Notes under the pieces: generated by a model
What the model saw: only the letters and a program-made list of their open reading frames with translations
The model's database searches: none
Told to the model about the DNA's origin: nothing
Position numbers and translations under genes: made by a program
Shown here: positions 40,129 through 49,973 of the stretch, in pieces
Position numbering within the stretch: the first letter of the stretch is position 1
Layout: the number at the start of each line of letters is the position of its first letter
Sequence record: DRR723986_6330
DNA: 49,973 bases
Direction: 5' to 3' (one strand)

Positions 40129-40902
40129 CTACTCCGAGAGCGTTCGAAGCTCAGCGGCGAAGTCCGGCCAACAGACTAGCCATTGTTCGGGCACCGGGGC
40201 CGCAACGGTCATGCGTTTGGCCGTCTTTGGATGGTGGAAGCCGATCGATAGAGCATGCAATGCCATCAGTCCGACCGCCTCATGCTGTCTCGGCTCTGCT
40301 TGGCTTCCGGCATCTGCACACTGTCCTGTTGCAGCAGTCTTTTCGCTTTCCGTCGGAATCACCGTGCGAGACGCGTCGCCGTAGGTCGCATCGCCGGCCA
40401 CCGGCAAACCACGGCTGGCGGCTTGGATACGAATTTGATGCATGCGCCCGGTGTGCAGTTCAATCCGTGCCAGCGTCTTTCCAGATGCCGCGGCAATGGG
40501 CTCGACGATTAACTTGGCTGATTTTCCGCCAGGATGTTCCGCACCAACGATCTCAGCTCTGGGCTCCCCATCAACCTTCGCGATATGGTCGATCCAGGTT
40601 TGTGATTCGGCCAGGTGCCCCTCGAAGATGGCGCAGTAGATCTTGCTGATCTTTCGGCTTTGAAACTGGTCACCAAACTTTGCCAGCGCACGTTTATTTC
40701 TGGCAATTAACATGACACCACTCGTCGCTCGATCGAGCCTGTGTGGTAAACCAACGTAAGGATTACCACTGTGTTGATCTCGTTGCTTTAAGAACTCCGC
40801 TAATTCAGTTTGGACACTCGCAATCCCGCTTGCCGCTTGGGAGAATAGTCCCGCGGGTTTGTTGATAGTTAAGAAGTGTTGTTCTTCTGTTATGATCTCC
40901 AT
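40129..40902 (-). CDS. RluA family pseudouridine synthase
   Basis: NKPAG, HRLDRATSG, TGRMHQIR, GDATYG and LHA. Confidence 0.92.
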   Translation of the reverse strand: MEIITEEQHFLTINKPAGLFSQAASGIASVQTELAEFLKQRDQHSGNPYVGLPHRLDRATSGVMLIARNKRALAKFGDQFQSRKISKIYCAIFEGHLAESQTWIDHIAKVDGEPRAEIVGAEHPGGKSAKLIVEPIAAASGKTLARIELHTGRMHQIRIQAASRGLPVAGDATYGDASRTVIPTESEKTAATGQCADAGSQAEPRQHEAVGLMALHALSIGFHHPKTAKRMTVAAPVPEQWLVCWPDFAAELRTLSE

Positions 40903-41014
40903 CGTCGGTTCCGAGAGTATGCGTCGCTCTATGTGTGTCGATTGACTCAGACTGGTTCTGCGCAGGCGGTTGTCTCAACAACGGCGCGGTCATCCGCGAA
41001 CAAAATCCGCGCAT

Positions 41015-41081
41015 AAAAAAACGAGAAGCTCCGGCCACGAGAACAATAAGGACGTGAATTGTTCTACGCGAGCTTCTCGTT
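41015..41081 (-). terminator. orphan intrinsic terminator or small RNA upstream of the RluA-family gene
   Basis: 12-bp stem 41020-41031/41070-41081 plus 8-bp inner stem 41040-41047/41058-41065, followed by U7 on minus. Confidence 0.65.
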
Positions 41082-41089
41082 AAAGACCG

Positions 41090-41117
41090 TTTGTATTCAA
41101 CTGCGGACATGGGTCAA
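41090..41117 (-). promoter_or_regulatory. putative sigma70-type promoter
   Basis: TTGACC-N16-TACAAA on minus, just upstream of the hairpin. The -10 match is weak. Confidence 0.35.
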
Positions 41118-41229
41118 TACGTTTCGCAAAAAAAGTTTACGCTCAAGAACGTCGCTCGCCTCCGTCAAACAGGTTGGCTTGCTCCGACAGTCGGCATGAG
41201 TTTATCCCCTACAGCACTGATTCAATTAG

Positions 41230-42633
41230 ATGTACTCCGGAGAAAACATACTATTTGTGACAGGCAAACTTGCCGAGCGATCGGTTCGCGACATCGTCCA
41301 CCCGCTATCTCAGAAGCACCAATTTGACTACGAAATTGCGACGATGCCGATTACGGTCGCTGCCTTGATGACATCGAAGTGGCTGCTGCGTCATCTCAAG
41401 CCCGCCGACCGGTTTACATTGGTCGTTCTGCCAGGCTATTTGGAGTCTGATGCTGGCAAGATCGAAGAATCCGTCGGGTTAAAAACCCTGGCTGGCCCGA
41501 AGGACATTCGCGATCTACCCCTGTTTTTTGGGGGCAAACAGTCCGCATCCCCACCACTGGACGATTATTCGATCGAGATCATCGCCGAGATCAATCATGC
41601 TGACCGCATGACGCTGGACGCCCTCAAGCAAGAGGCAACAGCACTCGTTGCAAGCGGTGCCAATACAGTTGATCTGGGATGCAGCCCGGGGAGTCGCTGG
41701 CTCGAGATCGGTGACGCGGTGAAGTCCTTGGTTGATGAGGGGATTCGAGTTTCGGTGGATTCGTTTGATCCAGTTGAGGTTGCGCAAGCATGCCGCTCGG
41801 GCGCAAGCCTTGTTCTTTCAGTGAACAGTTCTAACCGCCAAGCCGCCGTTGATTGGGGGACAGAAGTTGTCGTCATTCCGGACACTCCGGACGACGAAAA
41901 AAGTTTGTCAGAATCTGTAGATTTTTTGCTTGGCAAAGGTGTCGAGCTGCGTCTCGACCCAATCCTTGAACCGATCGGCTGCGGTTTCGCAGAAAGCCTT
42001 GTCCGCTACAGCCGGACTCGCAAAGCGTATCCCGATCAAAAAATGATGATGGGCATTGGCAACATAACCGAGTTGACCGACACCGATTCTGCGGCAATCA
42101 ACACTTTGCTACTGGGGTTCTGCGAAGAGCTAAGAATTGATAGTGTACTGACGACTCAGGTTATCAATTGGGCGCGAAGCAGCGTCAAGGAATGTGATCT
42201 CGCGCGACGGATCGTTCACTATGCGCTTAGCCGCAAGACTCCGCCGAAACATGTCAGCGATGCGTTGGTAATGTTGCGGGATGGACGCGTTACCGAATTC
42301 AGCGAAGCCGCGCTGGATGAACTAGCCAACGAGATCCGAGACCATAACATTCGCATCTTCGTCGCTGCAGGTAAGCTTCACATTGTGACTCGAGGCGTTC
42401 ACATTTCTGGCACGGATCCGTTTGAAGTCATGGACCAACTGCTGCAGACCGAACCCGGCAGCACCATTGACGCTTCCCACGCATTCTATTTGGGACACGA
42501 ATTGTCGAAGGCAAAAACAGCTCTCACGCTTTCAAAGCAATACGAACAGGACCAAGCTTTGAAGTGGGGCTACTTGACCGAAACCGAGCCAAGACATCGA
42601 CTAGAGCGCAAACGTCTGAAGAGGGATGATTGA
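41230..42633 (+). CDS. dihydropteroate synthase-like protein (Orf20/DUF6513-type, H4MPT-linked)
   Basis: FVTGKLA, VAALMT, IIAEI, VSVDSF, DPILEPIG, GIGNITEL and C-terminal HAFYLGHEL...YEQD. Confidence 0.82.
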   Translation: MYSGENILFVTGKLAERSVRDIVHPLSQKHQFDYEIATMPITVAALMTSKWLLRHLKPADRFTLVVLPGYLESDAGKIEESVGLKTLAGPKDIRDLPLFFGGKQSASPPLDDYSIEIIAEINHADRMTLDALKQEATALVASGANTVDLGCSPGSRWLEIGDAVKSLVDEGIRVSVDSFDPVEVAQACRSGASLVLSVNSSNRQAAVDWGTEVVVIPDTPDDEKSLSESVDFLLGKGVELRLDPILEPIGCGFAESLVRYSRTRKAYPDQKMMMGIGNITELTDTDSAAINTLLLGFCEELRIDSVLTTQVINWARSSVKECDLARRIVHYALSRKTPPKHVSDALVMLRDGRVTEFSEAALDELANEIRDHNIRIFVAAGKLHIVTRGVHISGTDPFEVMDQLLQTEPGSTIDASHAFYLGHELSKAKTALTLSKQYEQDQALKWGYLTETEPRHRLERKRLKRDD

Positions 42634-42822
42634 AACTGAGTCTTCACTCAATCAACATTCCGGCATTCACGCTCGAAAATCAATTTCCCACCGGTCAAAG
42701 CACCTCCAACCAACGGCTGATCGAAAACATCGCCCTACGACTTCGATCAGCTACCTTCCACCTGCAACGGTTCTCGCCCCGCCAATGCAACTGACACTCA
42801 GCAGGATTGCTACACACGCGAC

Positions 42823-44715
42823 ATGGCAGACTACGTAGACGAATATTTCGATCGCAATGAGCGTTGGTTGGCGATGGAAGCCGATGCGGAACGAGAGCGA
42901 TTGGCCGAGCGAAGGGCAAATAGTCGCCGGCGCGATCCGGAACGTAGCGGCGAAACGATTGTTGGGCTCCAGCTACTGGACTACAAAAATGGTCTGGGAG
43001 GGCGATTGCTGCTGGAATTGTCCAAGCCGGGCGGTCGCACACTACCAATGACTCGGCTGAAGGTCGGTTCGCCGGTAGTCGTGAGCGACAGTTCCAATGA
43101 GAGTGATCCAGGCAAGAGCGGTGTCATTAGCCGGCGCACGTCGACGTCCATCCAAGTTGCATTGGACGACTGGCCCGAGGCAGAACGCTACCGCCTCGAT
43201 CTGTCTCCCGACGAGACAACGCGGCGGCGGCAATTGGCGGCAATGTCATCCGCGCGGCGATTGAAAGGCTCGCGGGCTCGTCTTCGCGACGTTCTGCTTG
43301 GTCAGCAGGAACCGAGGTTCGATTCGCCACGCGAGTTTGAGTTCTCCAACAAGCAGCTTAACGGTCCCCAGCAAGAAGCAGTGCGTTTTGCAATGACAGC
43401 CCGCGACTTGGCAATTCTGCACGGTCCGCCAGGCACTGGTAAAACGACAACCGTTGTGGAAGTCATTACGCAGACGGTCCGCGCTGGCGGACGCGTGTTG
43501 GCTTGTGCACCTAGCAACACGGCGGTAGACAACCTGCTGCAGCGAATTGTGGGCCAGGTTCCTTCAGCCGTTCGGGTTGGCCACCCTGCGAGAGTCTTCG
43601 AAACTCTCCGCGAACACACGCTCGATCAACTGGTGGAAAACGATCCCTCAACCGCCGTGGTAAAAGACATCTGGCGTGAAGTTGATGAACTGATGCGGCG
43701 TGCAAAACGCCAAACGCACGGACATGGTGCGGGACGCCGGAAGGGGGAGTACTATGCCGAAGCAGGCAAACTGCGGCAGCAAGCTCGGGGGCTGGAACGC
43801 GCAACGATACGACATGTTGTAGATTCCGCCGATGTGATTTGCACGACCACAACGCTCGATACAGAGCTCCTGTCGCTCGAGCAGTTTGACTTAGTGGTGA
43901 TTGACGAGGCGTGCCAGTGCGTCGAACCTGCACTGTGGCAAGCTGCCTTGGTGGCTGACAAAGTGCTCCTTGCTGGCGACCATCTGCAACTGCCGCCAAC
44001 GGTCGTCAGCAAAGAGGCCGCTCGCGAGGGTTACATTCGCAGCAGCATGCAGCGCTTGGTTGAACACTTTGGCGACGAAATTTTTCGGCGACTAAAAGTA
44101 CAGTATCGCATGAATACGCAGATCATGGACTTTTCTAGCCATGAGTTCTATGACGGTGACTTGATCGCCGATGAAACGGTCGCCACACACACGATTGCCG
44201 AACTATCAGGAGTCACCACCGACGCATTACAGAGTGAAGTCGTGCAATTCTGGGACACTGCCGGGGCCGAGTGGGAGGAGCAGATCGAGGAGCATGGCGA
44301 GAGCAAGTTTAATCCGAAGGAAGCCACTTGGGTTGTTGGCCAAGTTAGAGAGTTGATTGAGGCGGGCGTTGCACCGGAACAGATTGGTGTTATTGCTCCA
44401 TATGCTGCTCAAGCGAAACTGCTGCGCAACCGTCTTCAGATCGAAGGCTTGGAGATTGACACCGTCGACGGTTTCCAAGGACGTGAAAAGGAGGCGATGA
44501 TCATTACGCTCACCCGCAGCAATCCCGAGGGGGAGATTGGCTTCCTTGCTGACACTCGCCGCAGCAACGTTGCCCTCACCCGCGCCCGTCGTTGGCTTCG
44601 CATCATTGGCGACAGCGCAACGCTCGGCAACAGCGACTTCTACGAGCGTCTAATCGAGCACTACCAATCCATCGGCGCCTACCATTCCATCTGGGAACTT
44701 GGCTCAGACGTTTAG
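42823..44715 (+). CDS. IGHMBP2/Upf1-like SF1 helicase
   Basis: GPPGTGKT, APSNTAVD, DEACQ, GDHLQLPP, QYRM, TVDGFQGRE and NVALTRAR. Confidence 0.93.
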   Translation: MADYVDEYFDRNERWLAMEADAERERLAERRANSRRRDPERSGETIVGLQLLDYKNGLGGRLLLELSKPGGRTLPMTRLKVGSPVVVSDSSNESDPGKSGVISRRTSTSIQVALDDWPEAERYRLDLSPDETTRRRQLAAMSSARRLKGSRARLRDVLLGQQEPRFDSPREFEFSNKQLNGPQQEAVRFAMTARDLAILHGPPGTGKTTTVVEVITQTVRAGGRVLACAPSNTAVDNLLQRIVGQVPSAVRVGHPARVFETLREHTLDQLVENDPSTAVVKDIWREVDELMRRAKRQTHGHGAGRRKGEYYAEAGKLRQQARGLERATIRHVVDSADVICTTTTLDTELLSLEQFDLVVIDEACQCVEPALWQAALVADKVLLAGDHLQLPPTVVSKEAAREGYIRSSMQRLVEHFGDEIFRRLKVQYRMNTQIMDFSSHEFYDGDLIADETVATHTIAELSGVTTDALQSEVVQFWDTAGAEWEEQIEEHGESKFNPKEATWVVGQVRELIEAGVAPEQIGVIAPYAAQAKLLRNRLQIEGLEIDTVDGFQGREKEAMIITLTRSNPEGEIGFLADTRRSNVALTRARRWLRIIGDSATLGNSDFYERLIEHYQSIGAYHSIWELGSDV

Positions 44716-44984
44716 TCGCCAGCTCACCCCCTGTACTCCCCTCTCCGGGACTTGCAGTCCAACCTCTCTCAAAGGGGCCAAAGAGAGCCGGGGCGGAGCC
44801 AGCCAAGTAGGTCAGATCAAGCAGCGAAGCGACACCGGTCTGGCAAGGTTGCTGGTCGCTGGTTACGGAATCACGCAACCGGAATCACGCAGCCGGGAAT
44901 GGAATATTGGGCGACGCGAAGATTGTCGGTTTCGGCTAGAATTGGAGTATGTCTGTATCGATCCAGATTCGAAACGGAATTCCT

Positions 44985-47051
44985 ATGACTGTGCATATGC
45001 TGAAAATTCGACAACGGGTCGCTGGCGGACTGCTTTGCTATGTCGCCATTGGTCTGCCAATGCTAGCTGTCGGCGCGCCTCAAGAATCTGCTACCTCGCG
45101 ACCCGGTGACGCTCCAGGAACAAACCAGCAGTCGCGAGCTCAGACAATCGAAAAACTCATCGAGCAACTGGCTGATCCGAATTTCCGGGCTCGTGAAAGC
45201 GCGCACCAACGGCTTCTCGCATTGGGGCTGCCCGCGTTTGAACGACTGCGTGACACGGCCGCAAACCACGCCAATCCAGAAATCGCGCGAGCAGCCAGAT
45301 ATCTGCTTGGCAGCCAGCAAGTGAATTGGGCCCTAGAGACCGATTCGCTGAAGGTGCGTGACCTGCTGCAGAATTACAACGATCAACCGACCGCTGAGCG
45401 GGAGACGCGGCAGCTACGCTTGTCAAAAATCGCGACTCCCGATGCCCTCGCAGCGCTTGCGAGACTAGCTCGCTTCGAAGCCAACGAAGATCTCTCACGT
45501 GCGGCGGGTGCTGCACTACTGGAAGCACTCGAGAAGATCAGCTCTTCAGCGGCCGCCCGGGCCGAACCAGCTACGCGTGCCGTGCTCGTCCAAATCGAAG
45601 AGATCGCACGAGCTAGTGATCGAATCGCTTGCCAGTGGCTTACTAATGCGGCCCGCGATGCAATCGGGCTCGCCGACGCCCAATCAAACCTAACAGATAA
45701 ATCAACCTGGGAAACCTTAGCCGAGGAACAGACGCAATTCGCTGAGGAGGGGAATCCTAAGTACCGGCAACTCGGCCTTCGTTATTTCGAATGGCTCGGA
45801 AAGTGGACCACGCGGACGCTCGGTCGTGAGACTGCCGTCGAACTGTCTCGCGGTATTCTGCAGTTGCTTGGTGAGAACCAACGTCAAATCGAAATCACGG
45901 CGCGTGTTCTGCTGGATCATAAACTTCCCGAGTTGCTCGTTGAGATCGCTGCGGAAAAGGATGAGCAGTTTCAGAAGTCGCCGCGTCTTTCATTCCTGCA
46001 CGCCGAAGCACTTCTGCAGCTCGGGGACACGGAAGCGGCGAACAGACTAGCGGAGGAAACCAGCGATCGCATTGGTTCAAACCTGCAAGAACAGCTAGCA
46101 GCCCTTTCGACGAAAGTGAATGCTCTTGTAATCGAAGTAGCTCGACGACGATCACACGCGGCCTACCTTTATGAACGCGGGATGTTCCTTTGGTGTGAAC
46201 GGGAGTTCTTGAAGGTTATCGAACTTGAGAAACGCCAGCGAGAGTACTTAGCCGAGGAAGGGCTCGCGAATCTAGAGACCATCTCCGATCAGGAAATCGA
46301 CATTCGCAACTTCCTGGCCATCATCTACTGGGAAGCGGGCGAGTACGCCAAGGCGGCTGATGTCTTGCGACCTGTGCACGACTATTTCAACTCCGATGAC
46401 TATGAACCGACGATTGTCCGCTACGTGTCAATCGACGAGCTGTCTGCTTCCTACCACTACTACACCGGACTCGCACATCGCGATGCGTCCGAGCCAGAGA
46501 AAGCTTGTGCAGCATTTCTAAAGGCGTTGGCCCTGGAGAAGGCTCCGTCAAATCCTGACATCGTCATCGCCTTCCGAGACGTCGCACTGGGGACTCGGTA
46601 CGAAGAAGACTATTTGCGAGCATTGGTTTCCATGAGCGGCAAATTTCGAAGCCAGCTCATTGCCTTGGAGGAGTCCCTCACGCGGGTGCAATCACGCAGC
46701 CAAGAATTGGGGCTCGAACGAAGCATTGCGACCGAATGCAATCAGTTGGCTTGGTTGCTCGCGAAGTGCAAGTACCAGATCGGTGAGGCGCTACAGTTGA
46801 GCTTGCGCAGCGTTGAACTTCAGCCTACCACGGCCGCCTACCTGGATACACTTGCCCGGTGCTACTACGAAAATGGCCGTCTCGACGACGCCATCACGGC
46901 GCAGCAAAAAGCCTGTGCCCTAGCGCCCCACGATCGGCAACTTGCTCGGCAGCTTGAAGAGTTCACTCAATTGCGTAACCAGTCGTCGGACGAAACGAAG
47001 AGTTCCTCCGCGGATCCAAACGCCGGTGACACCACCACTGATACGCCCTGA
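44985..47051 (+). CDS. exported HEAT/TPR-repeat protein
   Basis: Signal peptide, LIEQLADPNFRARE, C-terminal NQLAWL and YLDTLARCY TPR-type motifs. Start uncertain (44949, 44985 or 44997). Confidence 0.82.
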   Translation: MTVHMLKIRQRVAGGLLCYVAIGLPMLAVGAPQESATSRPGDAPGTNQQSRAQTIEKLIEQLADPNFRARESAHQRLLALGLPAFERLRDTAANHANPEIARAARYLLGSQQVNWALETDSLKVRDLLQNYNDQPTAERETRQLRLSKIATPDALAALARLARFEANEDLSRAAGAALLEALEKISSSAAARAEPATRAVLVQIEEIARASDRIACQWLTNAARDAIGLADAQSNLTDKSTWETLAEEQTQFAEEGNPKYRQLGLRYFEWLGKWTTRTLGRETAVELSRGILQLLGENQRQIEITARVLLDHKLPELLVEIAAEKDEQFQKSPRLSFLHAEALLQLGDTEAANRLAEETSDRIGSNLQEQLAALSTKVNALVIEVARRRSHAAYLYERGMFLWCEREFLKVIELEKRQREYLAEEGLANLETISDQEIDIRNFLAIIYWEAGEYAKAADVLRPVHDYFNSDDYEPTIVRYVSIDELSASYHYYTGLAHRDASEPEKACAAFLKALALEKAPSNPDIVIAFRDVALGTRYEEDYLRALVSMSGKFRSQLIALEESLTRVQSRSQELGLERSIATECNQLAWLLAKCKYQIGEALQLSLRSVELQPTTAAYLDTLARCYYENGRLDDAITAQQKACALAPHDRQLARQLEEFTQLRNQSSDETKSSSADPNAGDTTTDTP

Positions 47052-47063
47052 TGGAAGCTTACG

Positions 47064-48323
47064 ATGCCTGAGTTTCCAAAGTTCTTCCGAGTTCGGCAGT
47101 CGTTCCCACGTGAAAGAGTCGGCGATCTGGTCGCTCAGACTCATCAGCAAGTTCAGAACTCCACTGCGCATGAATCGCTGGATGGCAAGTCCGTTGCTGT
47201 CGCCGTGGGCAGTCGCGGTATCGCGGGGCTATCCACAATCGTCCGCCAGTGTATCGAGTCATTGAAAGAACTCGGTGCACAGCCGTTCATTGTTCCGGCC
47301 ATGGGAAGCCACGGCGGTGGGACAGCCGATGGCCAAACAGGAGTCCTGGAGCGGTTCGGAATTACGCCGTCGGCAATGGGCTGCCCCATTCGCAGCAGTA
47401 TGGACGTGCAGCGCGTCGCTTTTGCAGACGGAAAGTTTCCCGTTTATTTTGACTCGCACGCCCTCAAGGCTGATTTTGTTTATCTGATCAATCGTATCAA
47501 ACCACACACACGCTTCGCCGGAGAAATCGAGAGCGGGCTGATGAAGATGCTGCTGATCGGCCTGGGAAAGCGAGACGGTGCAGAGCTCTATCACCGGCTG
47601 ATCATACAGCACAGCTTCGACGCGATCGTGCGGAGTGTCGCTTCGCAAGTAATTTCAAACTGCAGTATTCTTGGTGGACTGGCAGTCCTGGAAAACGCCT
47701 ACGAAGAAACAGCCGACATCGTTGGCGTTCGGGCGAGCGACTTCGAAACCACTGAACCGCAGTTGCTCCGCCGCGTCAAATCAATGATGCCCCGATTGCC
47801 CTTTGATAAAGCTGAGTTGTTGATTGTGGATCGCATCGGCAAAGATATATCCGGAACTGGTATCGATACAAATATCGTTGGCCGCAAGAAGAATGACACG
47901 GCAGCGATCGATGGTGAATCACCCAATATCCATCACATCTATGTCCGCAGCCTGACCGAGGCAACACACGGAAATGCGTCTGGGATTGGAATCGCAGCAC
48001 TGTGTCACAGCCGAGTTCTAGAGCAGATCGATGTACAGGCGACCCGGACCAACTGCATCACGGCTAGTCACATCACGGGTGCGATGCTGCCGGTCGACTT
48101 TGCCACCGACACAGCAGCTCTCCAGACGGCGTGCAAGCTTGCCGGCTGGCTTGAACCACACGAGATCCCGGCGATGTGGATTCACGACACGCTGAGCCTC
48201 GTTGAGATTGAGTGTTCCGAAGCATTTTTTCAAGACGCTCAACAACGTGATGACCTAGAAATCATCAGCGAGCTTCGCCAGCTTCAATTTCTGCCAAGTG
48301 GCGACCTAGTCGAAGTGTTCTAA
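47064..48323 (+). CDS. lactate racemase (LarA) N-terminal domain-like protein
   Basis: VAVGSRGI, PAMGSHGG, RIKPHT and GKDISGTGIDTN. Confidence 0.8.
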   Translation: MPEFPKFFRVRQSFPRERVGDLVAQTHQQVQNSTAHESLDGKSVAVAVGSRGIAGLSTIVRQCIESLKELGAQPFIVPAMGSHGGGTADGQTGVLERFGITPSAMGCPIRSSMDVQRVAFADGKFPVYFDSHALKADFVYLINRIKPHTRFAGEIESGLMKMLLIGLGKRDGAELYHRLIIQHSFDAIVRSVASQVISNCSILGGLAVLENAYEETADIVGVRASDFETTEPQLLRRVKSMMPRLPFDKAELLIVDRIGKDISGTGIDTNIVGRKKNDTAAIDGESPNIHHIYVRSLTEATHGNASGIGIAALCHSRVLEQIDVQATRTNCITASHITGAMLPVDFATDTAALQTACKLAGWLEPHEIPAMWIHDTLSLVEIECSEAFFQDAQQRDDLEIISELRQLQFLPSGDLVEVF

Positions 48324-48518
48324 GACCGGGCATCCACAAATTCTGAACCGGCTTTTCCACGATTCGGCGGCTCTTTTTAAGCTGGATTTGCATTGGCAGC
48401 AGGAAATCCCTGAATCGGTCCGCCTAGTTTTGCTACGAATGAAGCCGTTGACGGTAACGCATGCCCCAAGCTCCGGGGCATTCCCCGATTGGTACACCCA
48501 CTCATGAGGAGAAAAATC

Positions 48519-49973
48519 ATGAGCGAAGAACTACGGGAATTTGTTTCGCGAGTCGAACGCTTTGAGATCGACCCTGGCGACAAATCGCTCAGATTTGTGG
48601 ACCGTCTTGCGCGCGAAAACAGTTGGAAACTCGCATTTTCTGAGCGAGTCGAACTTGAGTACAAGCGTTTTTGTATTCTAGCGATGCGGGCTGGCCATCC
48701 GGTCACTCCCAGCGAACAAGTAGACCAAGCCTGGCACTTACACCTGACCTATACGCGATCGTATTGGGAGCGATTTTGCGCTGAAACGCTTGGCAAACCA
48801 TTGCACCATGAACCAACGGCGGGTGGAGGCGAAGAAGGTGAAAAGTTCCGCGATTGGTACGCAGAAACCTTAGCCAGCTATGAAAGGATCTTCGGTTCAG
48901 CACCTCCGAGTGACATTTGGCCATCCGCCGAGGAGAGGTTCAAGCATGCGGGCGATTGGAAGTGGGTCAACGTTGGTCGCTACTGGATGATTCCGCGGCG
49001 AAGCACTCTTGCAACAGTGTCAGCGTTACTCCTACTGATGTTCTGCGTTGTTCTTCCTGGATGCCAAGCCGCCATGTCTGGTATGCCATTTGGGTTGACG
49101 CTCCTGGGCGAGTTGGATCTCTTTCCGTTCAACCTGGACGGTGGTCAGTTCCTGGTGTTCTACTTTGTGGTTTGCTTTATCGGAATTGCGGCAGCACTCT
49201 GCTTCCGAATGGGAGAGAATACGCGCGAGGCTACAGAAGCCGGCGGCAAAGCGATTCCAGAACTCACTGCGGATGAACTGGCAGTTCTCGCCGGTGGCGG
49301 ACGTCGCTTGGCACAGTTATCAATCGCACGACTCTTCGCAATGAAGGTGATAACGGCAAAGAAGAGCTTTTGGTCTTGGAAGTTCGAGTCACAGGATAAG
49401 ATGCCAAAAATTGGCGGGCTGGATCGCGATATGTTTTCTGCCATTCGAGCTGGAACCGCGCCGAACAGGCTCTATTCCGTAGTGAAATTGCATTACGATC
49501 GGATCGACCTGCGGTTGCAAAGCCAGGGGCTACGCCGGGAAGGCAGCTCCGTAGTTGCCCCCGCCCTGTTGATCGCAATAGCCGTGTTGGCACTTGGCAT
49601 CGTGCGGTTTGGGCAAGGTATTGCGAGTGGAAACGATATTGGCTTCTTGGCCGTGATGATCATTGTTGCGGGAATTGGGTTTGCATTCGCTTGCATCAAG
49701 TCGGGGCGGAACACACAGCACGGTGTTGCCACGCTGACACATCATGAGCAAGAGGCCAAGGCGACCCAGGCAAGGTTGTCCACCGAGCCTGACGATATAC
49801 GCGGCCTGGATTCCGTTGCCATGTGCGTTGCCGTGCTTGGTACGGGCGCGTTTATTGGAATGCCAGAGTTCTCGCCGCTCGTTTCAGCGATGCCGCAGAT
49901 TTCTAACACAACCGGTGCAGGTGGTGGATGCGGAGCTGGCTGCAGTAGCGGTGGTGGAGGATGTGGAGGGGGC
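48519..49973 (+). CDS. TIGR04222-like membrane protein with N-terminal glycine-rich-domain-protein-like module (partial, runs off the window end)
   Basis: Not in the ORF track. AGGAG SD and ATG 48519, stop-free to the end. EYKRF, VDQAWHLHL, GGQFLVFY, ELAVLAGG and a GGCGAGCSSGGGGCGGG tail. Confidence 0.85.
   Translation, partial: MSEELREFVSRVERFEIDPGDKSLRFVDRLARENSWKLAFSERVELEYKRFCILAMRAGHPVTPSEQVDQAWHLHLTYTRSYWERFCAETLGKPLHHEPTAGGGEEGEKFRDWYAETLASYERIFGSAPPSDIWPSAEERFKHAGDWKWVNVGRYWMIPRRSTLATVSALLLLMFCVVLPGCQAAMSGMPFGLTLLGELDLFPFNLDGGQFLVFYFVVCFIGIAAALCFRMGENTREATEAGGKAIPELTADELAVLAGGGRRLAQLSIARLFAMKVITAKKSFWSWKFESQDKMPKIGGLDRDMFSAIRAGTAPNRLYSVVKLHYDRIDLRLQSQGLRREGSSVVAPALLIAIAVLALGIVRFGQGIASGNDIGFLAVMIIVAGIGFAFACIKSGRNTQHGVATLTHHEQEAKATQARLSTEPDDIRGLDSVAMCVAVLGTGAFIGMPEFSPLVSAMPQISNTTGAGGGCGAGCSSGGGGCGGG

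Noticed and set aside
42823-44715. SF1 helicase as an anti-phage system component
   Set aside because: No fused or adjacent nuclease or effector. It looks like the ordinary IGHMBP2-like family.

Overview
About 50 kb of mostly housekeeping chromosome from a planctomycete, probably Pirellulaceae-like. The evidence is a TIGR03009-type protein, Hanks-type Ser/Thr kinases, several sulfatases, an Orf20-like H4MPT gene and a membrane-anchored vWA protein. I call 35 CDS, including two partial genes at the window ends that the ORF track misses (1..399 minus and 48519..49973 plus). I found no rRNA, tRNA, CRISPR array or transposase. Recognisable genes include kynU, a fused 5-oxoprolinase/hydantoinase, birA, glgC, an S9 peptidase, a class II photolyase, a GntP permease divergent from an IlvD/Edd sugar-acid dehydratase, two cyclophilins, two sulfatases, an RluA-family synthase, an IGHMBP2-like helicase and a LarA-domain protein. 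The best candidate for an undescribed system is a membrane Ser/Thr kinase (11676..14699) followed by two small genes carrying three copies of an unrecognised ~95-aa beta-rich domain with a conserved (S/G)DTDxxEI motif. Other leads: a hairpin-dense non-coding leader (400..1021), an orphan promoter-hairpin-U7 unit upstream of the RluA-family gene, a prepilin peptidase homologue apparently lacking both catalytic aspartates, a sulfatase with a CHMSR signature and a GTAG-type REP cluster. All family calls are by motif recognition only; no searches were run.
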